A DNA stretch of 64,000 bases from Monocercomonoides exilis PA203. Taxonomy: Eukaryota; Protista; Preaxostyla. The DNA is taken from the NCBI GenBank assembly GCA_001643675.2, contig LSRY02000035.1:682001-746000 (forward strand), given 5' to 3'. The stretch's first letter is position 1. Each line of letters begins with the position of its first letter. Shown piece by piece: positions 50,570 to 62,779 of this stretch. The notes under the pieces are model-generated. The model saw only the letters and a program-made list of their open reading frames with translations. It did no database searches and was not told where the DNA came from. The translations under genes were made by a program, and so were the position numbers.

Positions 50570-53500
50570 TCATTGAAATATATCTTTCGTAGCTTTCAAC
50601 TTTTCGTTTGCTTTCTTATTCATCCTTTTCTTCTCATTCCAGCTCATCGGTCTTAGAAATCCAGTTCTATCCATATCCAGCCACTCAAAAGCAAAGATCT
50701 TTTGTGGCTGAATGGGATTTGTGATTGGAATGTGGATGTTGCGCTTGTGCAACCGGTTGAGCTGCCTGCAGACGTGGTGGGGTATCTGAAAAAGATTCTT
50801 GTGGCTGGGGCAGAGCAGCGGTTATCTCTTCGTTCAACGCATTTAACATTCTTCGCTTTCTCAACAGAAGCAGCACGCCGATCTGCTTCGCTATTCAGGA
50901 GGCGAAGCAGTGAAGAGAAGAAGGTGGCAGAGGATGATAAGCCATCTTCATCCCCATCTCCATCTTCATCTTCATCTTCGTCTTCGTCGTCAGCGCCTAC
51001 AATTTACCCTTCGGATGCCTCCGTGGTGGCGGCGTCATAAACGTCTGCGGCAGCTATGAAATCGAGAGGAGACTGAGAATTGTGGCGCCTGGGGCAGCTG
51101 AGGTGTATGTGCTACAGACACTTCAGGGATATGCTGTGAAGAGGAGGACGGAGCTGTAGGAGGATATTGCATGTGCCCATAACTTGGATTTTTCGAAGAT
51201 GCTTTCAGTTCCGCTGGTTGTACCGCTTCCTTCAATTGATGAATAGCTGTTGAAAAAATCGGTAAGCAAGCGGATTTTTTAACAGCAACTGATACAAATA
51301 AGTTTCTGTAAATTTTTATTTTATTTGATCCGTCGCTGCTTCCGTCTGCGATAGCTCGGCTGATGAATCGTTAACAGTAGTCGAGGAATGTTGTGGTGAA
51401 GTTGGAAGACGAGGTGATAAGGCGAGGTGTTTCTGCTTGTGAAGAAGCGGAGATTGTGGAAAAGGCGCTGAAGGCGAAGCTGAGGAAGGAGAAAGGGGAG
51501 GAGAAGAGGGAAGAGAAGGAGAAGAAGATAATGATGAAGATAACGAAGAAGAAGAAGAATGAGAAGAAGTATTATTATTATTATTCGTATTATTATTAGA
51601 GGAAAGGCAAGAATACACAAAGGGATGAGGAACAGCAGGGGAGATGACGATTTTGGAGTGGTCGAGGAAGTTTGCTTGGACAGTTCCATTTGAAAGGACA
51701 AAGAGGATGGCCTGCTTCGTCCGCACACACTTCATCAGCTGAGTGGCTGGGAAGAAGCGACGAGGAGGAGTCAGCTCTATCAGATGAGGGTTGACTGGAG
51801 AGAATTCGAGCGGGGAAGAGGAGGAAGAGGAGGAAGGAGAGGAGGAAGAAGAAGAGGAGGAGGAGGAGGAAGAAGAAGCAGAAGCAGAAGCAGATGAAGA
51901 TGAAGATAAAGATGATGATTTCTTTGTGTCATCTCTAACAGAAGTGATAACATTCAAGTCATCTTCATTCAGCTCGTCCATCTTCATTCGATATTCTTTC
52001 TTCCTTTCTTCGTCAATCACATCTCCATATCTTGCTATCTGCAGCTCTGGATCTTCAAACTCATCATCATCTTCGTCCTCTTCTTCTTCCTCTTCCTCTT
52101 CCTCTTCCTCTTCCTCTTCATCCTTTTCATCCTTTTCATCATCTCCATCTCTCCTTTCTCTCTTCTTCTCCTTCTATTTTTTCTCTTCTCTTTCCTTTCT
52201 CTCCTCTTTCTCTCCTCTCCCTTCTCTCTCTTCCTTCCCCTCCTCTTCCCAGCACACCTCCAAGTAATTGTCTTCCTCTGGCACATAACATCCCACCGTG
52301 TCTCTGAAGTACTTTTTGATGTGTTTCAACACACCCAACTTCTTCCCTGCTGCTTTTGGCGGGTTGAACGAGAAGAAGCAGCTGACTCCTTTGAATGCTG
52401 GCACATAAATAGATTGAATATCTGATGGTGTGTCTTCTTCTTCTTCTTCTTCTTTCTCTTTCTCTTTCTCTTCTTCTTCTTCTTCTTCTTCTTTGCTCTT
52501 TGACTCTCGCTTCGGCCAGAACTGGAGCTCTGAATAGAAACAAGGAGGAATATTTTCTTTGGATGAAGATGCGGCAGTGTGTTTGTCTTTTGAGCATGCA
52601 GCTTCTGTTACTTCTTTCTCCTTCTCTTTCTTTTCCTCCTTCCCTTCCTCCCTCTTCAGGACAACCCTCACAACATCCCTGCTTCTCTCTCTGCTTCTCT
52701 AGAATCCTGACAGAATCGACGTAAATTCGTTGAAGAACACACATGTGTGCCTGTTTGACAGTTGAATGCAGAAGCCATAGCGATTTGTGTAGTCTACCCA
52801 CGCCACAACACGCAAAGGAGGGGGAGGCTGCTTGTTTGTAGGTGAGAAGTCGAGAAGAGGAAGTGTTGTAAATGGAAGGGCGGGATGTGAGGAGGAGGAT
52901 GAGGAAGAGGCAGAAGAAGAAAAAGATGATGAAGCACTTGCTCTTTCATTTCTCCTTGTTTCTTCCTCTTTCTTTTCCTCTTCTCTTCCTCTCCTTCGTG
53001 AGAGTGCGCGAGCCATGAATCTCTTCAAAGAGACAGTTGAGTAATGCTTCGAGAAAGCGAAAGGAGAAGAAACACATTCTCCTCTTGCACTCGCCATCTG
53101 CTCTGGATGAATCAGAGCTTGTTGTATTTGTGTCACCAGAAAGAGCACTGAACGTGGCTCTTCCAAAGAAGTGACAAGAGGCAGAGGAACTTTCACACAG
53201 CGCAAATGAGCAGCAAAGGAAGTGGGCTTTTGAGCTGATTTTGATTGTTTTGTGAGTTTTAATTGTTTTGATTGTTTTGATTGGTTTGATTGGTTTGTAA
53301 GATTTGTAAGAGTTGTAAGTTTTGGTGAGTTAGATGCATTTGATGGTTTTGGTAGTTGTTGTTGTTGAGTAGAGACGACTGAGCGGAGGTGGGAAGGAGG
53401 CAGTTGAGAGGTGACTTTGGCAGCAGGAAGAGGCATGGCAGAAGAAGTGAATGGAGAAGAAAGGATTGAGAGAGAAGAGAACGTGGCAGAGGGGGAGAGC

Positions 53501-54263
53501 ATCATTGTGGTGAGAGACATTGTGGGAGAGGAGGGAGAGGAGGAAGAAGAAGAAGAATTTGAGCCAAATGAAGAAGTGAATTGTTTGTTTGCAATGGATG
53601 TTGATGTGTGTGGTTGTGGTGGAGTGGATAAAGACGAAAAAGAAAAAGAAGAAGTAGAAGAAGACTCATCAGAGGTGAGAATAGCATTGTTTGAATGTGA
53701 ATGCTCTTCATGTGAAGGAAACAGCTTTTGAGGTATTTCCATTGAAGGTGGAGTGGAGCAAGTAACAGGAACAGAAGAAGAAGAAGAAGAAGGTGGAGAA
53801 GAAGAAAATGATGATGATGGAGAATGTGATGAAGGTGATAAAGAAGGCGATGTTAAAGACAATGTCGAACCAGGTGGAAACGAAGTGAGTGAAGATGAAA
53901 GCGCCAATTTCTTTGAAGAAGCAACAAGAGAGCCATTTTTTGTGCTTCGTTTTGTCACTTCCTTCTTTGCAGTGTTACTCAAAGAAGATGAAAATGGCCG
54001 GCCAAACCGCTTTTGTGGGGCAGATGTTGGTCTTGTTGAAGAGGAAGAAGAAGATTTGGTTGAAGATGATGATAATCTTGCAGATGATGAAGAGCTTTTT
54101 GACAAGGGAGAGTTTGAACGAATAAACTTCGAGTGAGTGTCAGAATTAACTGAAGAAGAAGAAGAGCAAACTGGACGAGGAGACGCTGAGCGATGTGAAA
54201 GTGACTGCCTGTTGGTTGATAATGATGATGTTGGTGTGGAAAATGAAGAAGAAGAAGAAGAAG

Positions 54264-54294
<31 letters not shown>

Positions 54295-54720
54295 GAATGA
54301 TTTAAAGAGAGGAGAAGAATAAACTCTGGAGTTTTCGTGTTGAATGGAGTAAATCGATGAAAAAGAGCGGAGAGGAGAAGGATGGAAAGTGTGGTGCTGA
54401 TGTGAAGGTGAATTGGTTGGTGTTGAAGAAGGAGAAGAAGGAGAATAAGTGGAAGAGGAAGAGGAAGAAGAAGACATAGAAGAAGAAGATGATTTCTTTA
54501 AAGCGGAAGAAGAGGAAGAAGATATTGCAAGAGGAGAAGAAACACTGATGCAATCAGAAGAAACAGAACGCTAAAGAGTCATTCTGAAATGTAATGAGTT
54601 AGAAGAATGAGAAGAATGAGAAGGAGAAGAAGAAGAAAGAGGAAAAAAAGAAGAAAAAATAAATGACGATGATGAGAGAATGAAAATGGAGTGATGAGGA
54701 AGTGAAGATGGAAGAGAAAA
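50570..54720 (-). pseudogene. Polo-like kinase C-terminal fragment (polo boxes 1 and 2), no kinase domain, disrupted
   Basis: PB1-like VVAWVDYTNRYGFCIQLSNRHTCVFFNE, linker KKLGVLKHIKKYF, PB2-like LMKCVRTKQAILFVLSNGTVQANFLDHSKIVISP. In-frame TAGs at ~54571, 52699 and 52174, plus frameshifts below ~51330. Confidence 0.75.
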
Positions 54721-54741
54721 GATTTATTTCAAAAATTCTGT

Positions 54742-55443
54742 TTAAGTACCTGCTGTTATCATCGCTGAATTGGATGCTGCACTCGAATCAGAGACTGTCC
54801 AGCCACTTTGATCGTCATTTCCCCAAATTTCATACTTCTGATTGGCAAAAGCCAATTCATCAGTCATCATAATCATTCCACTCACAGCGACTTTCTTTTC
54901 TCCTGAAAGCCTTGTGAATGAGTGCTTCAAAGTAAAACAGGGGAATTGTACTATTCCACAATGAGAATGATCAGATGCCTCAATGTTGCTTTCATAGATT
55001 TCTGCAGGAGTGGGAAGGAGATAGATGCATAGAGGGATAGCCAAAGTTGTATTTCCGTTGTCGAATCCTCGCACTCTGTCAGCAGAATCTGATGATGCTG
55101 TTACGCATGTGATTTTTTCTAATTTTACAGTTCCTTCCAAATTGGGTGAAATGACGAAGATATCATTCCACCATTTGGCTGTGTTTGTTCCGAAAGAAGA
55201 GGAGATCAAGAAATTGGTATTCTCATTCATCGACTGAAGAAGGATTCCACCCCCAAGTCCATTTACCATTGAACAATAGCATTCATCAAAAGATCCATCA
55301 TTCACTTTCACTTCATTCTCCTCTCCTGCATATAACATCATTGAGCCTCCATCAGTTGATGTTCTGCTTCCACATCCTGAAAATACTCTCGAATTCACAT
55401 TTTTGTCTATAATTCCATTGAAAATACAAACGTTGGCTATCAA
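54742..55443 (-). pseudogene. Internal fragment of the Cys-rich surface-protein family
   Basis: GLGGGILL...NTAKWWNDIF...SDHSHCGIVQFPCFTL motifs like those in 11950..21075. No signal peptide or ATG context, and it ends at a possible splice donor next to unrelated sequence. Confidence 0.7.
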
Positions 55444-55986
55444 CGTTAACTATTCTATTAAAAAAACATGATTGAATAATAAATTAATAATAAAATATAT
55501 TTGTTAAAATTAAATGAAAACCACTTAATTTATCATATTTTCAGATGAATCGAATACGTGTGTTCTATCTTCGCTTTTATGTTAAGTTCTGGAACATCAC
55601 ATTTAAAAAAATTCTATTCAAATGAAAAACTGAATTAACATTGAACATCAAGTTTATCAGAAAAAAGAATCAAAATGTATTTTGTTCATTTCATTGATCA
55701 GCAAATGGAAAGTTGTTCAATAAAGGAAAACACATTTTCATTGAAAAACAAATATTTTTATTTCGATCAAAAAATATGATACATAATTTTTTGATAAAGT
55801 TTGTATTTTTTCGTAAAGAAGTTTTCAATGAACTTGCTAACATTATTGCGAAACAAGCATTTTTTCATAAAAATTATGGAAACGGAGTGTTTTTGAATTA
55901 ACTTTCATGGGACAGAATTTTGATCTGCAGCGACTTTTCATAAATTGCGACCCATTTGAAAATATTCAATTGTTTTTTGCACAACT

Positions 55987-57776
55987 TAGACCTGTGCGAC
56001 ACGACATACAATTTTTTTGCTCTGTCGGTCACTAAAAAAAAAAAAAAAAAAAAAAAATTGATTTAATTGTTTAATTAAATCAATTTGTAAAAACAAAAAC
56101 TTATAGTTTATATATCTATTGAAATAATCCTATTCAATCCGTCTTATTTTTTTGATTATATTATTTATTTCTCTCAGATACATAATGATCAAATTTACCA
56201 TAAAAACATCCATAGTAGATGTCATCTGTTTTTTAATTGTATTTCATCAATTGAGACGTGTTTGTGGAGAGTGGTATGAAATAGGATTATCTTTTCGCTG
56301 AATCTTATATTCTTTTTTTTTAATTTCTTCTTTCTGTAAATTAACCAATCAACTGTTAATGACTATTTCAGTTGTATTCTGGTTGATATATTTTTGTAAA
56401 AACGATGAACCAGAATTACCTCGATTTTGAAAGTGGTGCGAAGCAGCTGTTGCATTAGTATTCGTGAAAACATGAATTCCTTGTTTGTTATTTTTCTGTT
56501 TTGAATAGTTGTTTTTGTTAAACAACGAAGTAGCTGTGAACGTAGACGAATATTTGTTAACATTTATGAAGTTATGGCTGATAAAACCATAGAATAACTG
56601 AAATCTGTTTTCAAAGAAGAATTGTTCAATGAAATAGAAAAAAGATTGAAGTGAAGAAAATGACTGAAAAATTACCATTTGGTTATTGAAGCTTCTTGGA
56701 TAACTACGCGATGAAGAATGTTTGGTTTAGACACTTTGAAAGATCTTCGCTGAATAAAAGATTTGAGAAGATGATTGTTGAAGAAGTTGAGAGGAAAGAA
56801 GAAAAGAATGAAAAGTTCTTGGTTGATCTTTGTGAATGTTATTTGCTGCTCTCAAATGGTCTTGTTTCAGAAGATTATATTTCAATTCACATGCCTTGTC
56901 TTCTGAAAGTTGCATTGAATACAGAAGAAAATGAGAAAATGCAGAACAATGTGGAAATTGCTTTGCATGCATTAAGCAATATTATTCAATGGAATGTATG
57001 TTAATTTATTGATTAATTAATAAATTTTATTTTCTTATTTTTTACATAGAAAGTGAAAAGAGAACTTTATTTGAATGAACTTTAAGAAATAATCCAATAT
57101 CACCAAAAACATCGTAACCTAACTAGTCTTGCCTATCAGTCTGCTTGGGAGTATTTGATCAACAGATTAGACACTGACAAAAGCTTGGAAAACGCGATTG
57201 TGAATGAACTGCATTTTTCGAGAGAGGTGACAAGAGAATTGGAAAAGCTGACAAATTGTGTGAAATGGAAGAAAAATGAAGAGGAAACAAAGTACTTCTT
57301 GTTTTGATGAAATGACTCCGAATATAAACTGTTTATTATCATCTTACAAATTATTGAGCGAAGGAAATATTGAGCTGATCAGCAGCATTGTTCAAATGCA
57401 AAGAGTAGGAAATGATTATTATGAAGTGATAAACAGAATACTCAATGATTCATGAAATATCGTTGGATGTTCTTGATTATTTTTAGATGCAGAAGAAAGG
57501 TAAACAACTTGTCTTTTATCACCTAATAATTTGATAATTCGTTTTTATCATTTCACAGAATAAAAAACAATCATTAAAGTTTATCATATGATCCATTTTT
57601 TATTTTTCAAAAAAAAATGAAGTGAAACTTCAACATCTCTTCAAAGTTAAAAAAGAAAATCTAAAAAACATAATTGTTCATTTTCATATTTATGCATTCA
57701 GAACTCATTTTCAAAAGACATTGAATTAATATCTTCTTCGAAAAGAATTGTTATGAAAATTTTGTATTTTCTTTTC

Positions 57777-57807
<31 letters not shown>

Positions 57808-59031
57808 TTGTATAATATTTTCATTTCATCATTCTGAATCTTTTTTGTTCTTTTCAAATGGTTTTCTTTCTTTAAGCATTTTTATTTGTTTTCAAATGAT
57901 CAATATGTTTTCTTATTAGATCTTGCTGTTATGAAAGTGAGAAAGCAGACTTGAAACGAAGATGAACCAGAGCTGGGAAAGAAGAAGTGATATTTGCGAA
58001 ACGAACTTCAGAGGTTAAGAATTCAGAATATTTGAATAATCGTTTTGAAAATATATAATTTTGCCAGCTGTTGCATAGATATTAATGCGTTGAGTTCTGA
58101 ACGAACATATAAAGCGTTTTGAAACTAAAACTTCAAAAAAGATAACTCATTCAAAGAAAGGAAATCAAAGAAATAACAAAACGTTTTTTTTTGCAAACTC
58201 GATTTATTCAGAACATATATGTTAATTATTACAACACCTTCTGACCATGTTTTGTGGCAGCTTTGGTCGCATCAAACATTTCTCCCGCACGTTCCCATTT
58301 TTAGATATGGTTAAGTTTGCAATTCCATTTTCAAAAAATCTATATTCATCTGTGATTTTGTGGGTAATCCTGAACAAGGATTATTTTATTTCAACTCATT
58401 TTCAAAAAAAGGAGATACGATTTCTAATGTTGTTATTTTCACGTACATGGCTAAAATGAAAGACGAGAAAATCAAATAGTGAAAAAAAGAACATGCCTTT
58501 TACAAACATCTTGTTCACAACAAAATTATACTGCTGCCTATTATCAGTGTCACTTTTTTAAGTTAGTATTTGTTTCTTTCACTGAAAAATGAATGTTTAA
58601 TAAATACAAAAAAGAAAAGTTATGGAAATAACTAACAAAAAAGTGAAATCAGAAACATTACAAATACAAAATATGTTATTTTTATATTCTGTTCCCTTTT
58701 CAAACTCATTCATATCATTGACAAAACAATAAGTCAGTGACAGAAGTGACTTCCAGTGGCATTAAAAATTCCATGTTTCACTGATCTTGTCACTTAACCA
58801 TTATGAACTTTAGTCACCTATTTTTCCGTTTCAACATTTTCTTCAATAAATGCTTCTAACCAATTCAAAAATCATCAATATTTGAAAAGAGCGTATTTTC
58901 ACATTATTATTTCAAAAAAGAATAGAAAAAAAGATTTTCAAAAATATGATTTATGATCAAAAGAAAAAAATGAGCATGTCGGTCACCTGTGTCAGTAACT
59001 GACAAAATTTGCCACTTGTCGCACAGGTCTA
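55987..59031. mobile_element. hAT-like non-autonomous DNA transposon carrying a host gene-family copy (Pack-type element)
   Basis: Perfect 15-bp TIRs TAGACCTGTGCGACA / TGTCGCACAGGTCTA; perfect 8-bp TSD GCACAACT (55979..55986 and 59032..59039); subterminal GTCAC motifs. Confidence 0.9.
56405..57460 (+). pseudogene. Disrupted member of an expanded lineage-specific helical hypothetical-protein family
   Basis: SSLNKRFEKMI.EE..KEEKNEK.LVDLCECYLLL...CLLKVAL..EENE..Q..VEIAL.ALSNI, then an intron (GTATGT ~56996), then IIQYHQKHRNLTSLAYQSAWEYLINR. Several stops and frameshifts. Homologous to 62780..64000. Confidence 0.8.
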
Positions 59032-59223
59032 GCACAACTTATTGTGAGAATGTCCGATTGTGATTATTCACGATGTTGCTAAACACAGAAAAAATTGAAA
59101 ATAACTAATTTTTAAAAACAAATTTTGGTTGAAATTGTCTATTTCGGAAAATTCTTCTTTAAAACACATTTTTTCACTTACAAAAACAATTTTTATCATC
59201 AATTAACATTTTTTGGATTTGTT

Positions 59224-59413
59224 TAACCCTGCGTGACGTGGTGACTTCTGACGTGACTTTTTCGATTTTTGACGGACGTGGCAAGAATTTCCACGTCACA
59301 AAAAAAAAAAAAAAACCAGATTTACCATTATTCATTTTTAACTGACGTGAAAGCGGTTATAGGAATATTGACACGTCACTGAAGTCAGTGACGTCAGAAG
59401 TCACTTCCCGTCA
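59224..59413. mobile_element. Probable left terminus of a second related DNA transposon (GTGAC/GTCAC-rich, poly-A)
   Basis: TAACCCTGCGTGAC resembles the TIR TAGACCTGTGCGAC and has the same TIR-GTCAC-poly-A layout. It shares AAGTCAGTGAC..AGAAGT.ACTTCC with 58731..58754. No partner end was found in the window. Confidence 0.5.
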
Positions 59414-60006
59414 TTTATACGAAAAAGATATTTAAAGGAGCAAAAGAATTGAACAAACTTGTCAAAATTTGAAAATGAGAGTTTTTTTTTTCTGATTGTC
59501 ACAACCATAAAAATTCGTGTTTATTTTCTTTATTCTCTCATTTTAACAAAAGATCAGAATTTTAACCAAAAATCAAGGAGGAGAATTTTCATTGATTGAA
59601 CATTGACCAAGTATTTGCTTTGAAAAAGCGAATTTGATGCTTTATTCGCTGAATTGGATATTTTTTGATTAACAAATTAAACAATTCTCCACACACGATA
59701 TGACGATTATCATCGGTACAAAACAAAACAAATTTCTATTAAATGTCATCTTTTTTCGTTTTTTGCACTCGTTCAGAACTGTCACAAATATTGCATAAGA
59801 AAATAGGCTTTTTTATAAAAAAGACAATTAAAAGAATCATATTGGCTTTCATGAAATCAAAAAATGATTTTTGATAGAAGGCAAAGCGGGCGCAGGCTTT
59901 CTGTTTTGGAGCGTTGTAATTGCAATTGAAGAAGAGAAAAGGCATCTAAATAATATGAGTCGCAAAAGAGACTATTCAAAACAAACGAATCGAAGAAGGC
60001 AAATGC

Positions 60007-62416
60007 GGCGAAATAATGTTTCAGTGACAAAAGAGTTTTGTTTGAAAAGAGCAAAATATTAAAATAAAAGCACACCCTTGTCTTTTTAAAATTGCTGTTG
60101 TTTTGCGATCCTTCGTCCTTATTGTTTGGATTTTTTGGGAATGACAAAAATTTATAATGGACACGATCTTTTCGTCTTATTCGTCTTTAGCTTATTTCGG
60201 TATTAAGAAGCGAAGTATCTTGGCAACAGTGCATTTAAAAGTCTTCTTTTTATATTGTTTTTAGATTTGAAATCTATTTTTGAAAATCTTTTTTTTTATA
60301 TCTGCAAATGCTAATATTCTTTTTATTTTTGTTTATTTATTGATTTAGAAGGATCAAATAAGCAAAGCTGGAAAAGATTTACATTTTTATCTGTTCATTT
60401 GCAGAAGGAGGGAGCAAGAAGGTGAAGAGGAAGGAACAGGGCAGGATGGAATGAAGAAAAAGAAAAAGTTAGGAAAGTGAAGAAAAAAATCGAATTTGAG
60501 ATAATTATTAGTATTATTGCACAACAATTTGATACAAATTTCTTTTTCAATTGTGAATTAGTTTATATACAATCATACATTTTGTTGAACTGCAAAACAT
60601 ACAAAAGGAGTTGATTATCTTTATTTATTCTTTATATTCTTGTATTCAATATTATTTATAGCAATTCATTAAAATCATAACAATCAAAATAGATTAAATA
60701 CTGCATTGAAGTTTTTCTATTGAGCATTTATTCTATTGTTGAATGTTCAAAAATAGAATTTTGTGTATGAAAACATGTGCAAAAATTAAACAAAAGAATT
60801 TGAAGGATTTCTTTTGAATGAAAAAGTGTTCAAATAATCGTTCAAATATTTGTTTCTCACACCATTTGGAGGAAGGGATTTTCTCAAAAGGCTCCACGCG
60901 CTTTCTATTCTTTGCGTATGGGCTCTAGTAATTGGGTTAACAAAATTAACTTTATGATTAACAGTAAGATGACTGAATCCAGATTTATCTAACCCTGAAT
61001 ATCCCTTCCAGCAGTCTGTAAATATTCTTGTTTTTTGAAGGACATGCTGTTTAATTGTTGAATGGAGAACTTCTTTTGTTCTTTTAATGACAGGAAGCAA
61101 AAACATTCTTGATTTCATCCCTTTCTTTGCAGGCCGTTCTATCCCTCCAACAATCCAGCACTGTTTCTTTTGTCTTCCTTTGTTATATTTTCGTTTGGGG
61201 AAAATTGCTTCATCTATTTCGACTTCTTTATCTTCTCCTCCAAGTTTGTAAGGATTGGATTCAGAAAAATTTGTTATACATTTTCTGAATGAATTGAACA
61301 TTCGACAAACAGCGAAACTGGATTTATTGCAAATTATCGAACAATTAGTCTGAGACATGCCAATCCAAAAGCATAATGCAATTTTACATATATCGCATGC
61401 TTTAAATCTAAATTTTTCAAAATTAGTATTTTTCCAAACATTTATCTGCCGATGCTTGCATCTAAATCGACTAGTAAAGTCATGGTAAACGTATAGCTTC
61501 ATTTTTCTTTGACATTTGTAGCAGTATCTTTCTTGATCCAGTATTTTGTTCTCCATCATCCAATGGATAGTATCAACTTCAGAAGAAAATATTTTAAATA
61601 ATTGTTTGAAAAACGCTGTGCTGTTAACTTTCAGCTGCATTGCAAAAGAAAATAATTCAATTTTTCAAAACAATATTTGACTAATAAAGGGAATTTTAAA
61701 AATGTCTGTGCTCACAAACAACTATTCAATTATTCATTCAAACTCGATCAATAAAAAAATAACAAAACAAAATAACAAAAATCAAAATAACAGAAAATTA
61801 TATAAAATTAAGTCAATCAATTCTAATTGAAATAAATAAATCATTATTTAAGCTTCACATTTTCGATCTGTTGCATTGCATTCACATATCCGATATACTT
61901 CCAAACAGAATCTCCCTTTCTCTTTTCGCCTGTTTATTTCCTTCACTTTCCTAACTTTTTCTTTTTCTTCATTCCATCCTGCCCTGTTCCTTCCTCTTCA
62001 CCTTCTTGCTCCCTCCTTCTGCAAATGAACAGATAAAAATGTAAATCTTTTCCAGCTTTGCTTATTTGATCCTTCTAAATCAATAAATAAACAAAAATAA
62101 AAAGAATATTAGCATTTGCAGATATAAAAAAAAAGATTTTCAAAAATAGATTTCAAATCTAAAAACAATATAAAAAGAAGACTTTTAAATGCACTGTTGC
62201 CAAGATACTTCGCTTCTTAATACCGAAATAAGCTAAAGACGAATAAGACGAAAAGATCGTGTCCATTATAAATTTTTGTCATTCCCAAAAAATCCAAACA
62301 ATAAGGACGAAGGATCGCAAAACAACAGCAATTTTAAAAAGACAAGGGTGTGCTTTTATTTTAATATTTTGCTCTTTTCAAACAAAACTCTTTTGTCACT
62401 GAAACATTATTTCGCC
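60007..62416. mobile_element. Merlin (IS1595/ISXO2-like) DNA transposon with 476-bp TIRs
   Basis: TIRs 60007..60482 and 61941..62416 are reverse complements with GG...CC ends and enclose an intact transposase. No TSD is evident. Confidence 0.92.
60786..61640 (-). CDS. ISXO2-like/Merlin DDE transposase (284 aa)
   Basis: N-terminal CYKC zinc-ribbon-like motif; VEIDE, KRKYNKGR, WIVGGIER, IFTDCWKGY, HLTVNH..NFV and HTQRIESAW motifs. Confidence 0.93.
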   Translation of the reverse strand: MQLKVNSTAFFKQLFKIFSSEVDTIHWMMENKILDQERYCYKCQRKMKLYVYHDFTSRFRCKHRQINVWKNTNFEKFRFKACDICKIALCFWIGMSQTNCSIICNKSSFAVCRMFNSFRKCITNFSESNPYKLGGEDKEVEIDEAIFPKRKYNKGRQKKQCWIVGGIERPAKKGMKSRMFLLPVIKRTKEVLHSTIKQHVLQKTRIFTDCWKGYSGLDKSGFSHLTVNHKVNFVNPITRAHTQRIESAWSLLRKSLPPNGVRNKYLNDYLNTFSFKRNPSNSFV

Positions 62417-62779
62417 ATTTTGTTTTTTCTTTGTAATGTTGTTATCATTTCGCTTCATTTATTTAAAAAAATAAAAAAAAGTGATTATAAAAACAAAAAA
62501 TAAATATTTTATATTTAGCAAAATAATTAAAAAGGAAAAAACAAAAAGGTAAGGTTTCAAAATGAATTTTTTCTCATTTCGCCAACCTTTTCTAAAGTAT
62601 TTAGAAATTCTTTATTGCAATCAAAAACAATTCAATTCTTTCAATAAAGAAAATAAAATATTTCATGAAAGAAAACGATTTCATCTTCATATTTCTTTTT
62701 TTTAATCTTTTCAAATGTCTTCTTATTATTGATTTCTTTTCACATCTTTCTTTTTATCATTCTCCTCCTCTTTCAATAA

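Noticed and set aside
52174-54573. Three in-frame TAG codons in the polo-box gene suggesting TAG reassignment (TAR=Gln as in some oxymonads)
   Set aside because: The multi-kb intact ORFs contain no in-frame TAG/TAA, the 3041-aa gene ends in TAG, and the same locus also has frameshifts and lacks its kinase domain. Pseudogenisation is the simpler explanation.
59857-62503. Duplicate small ORFs MSFPKNPNNKDEGSQ on opposite strands
   Set aside because: They fall within the two Merlin TIRs and start at non-ATG codons; there is no evidence of coding function.
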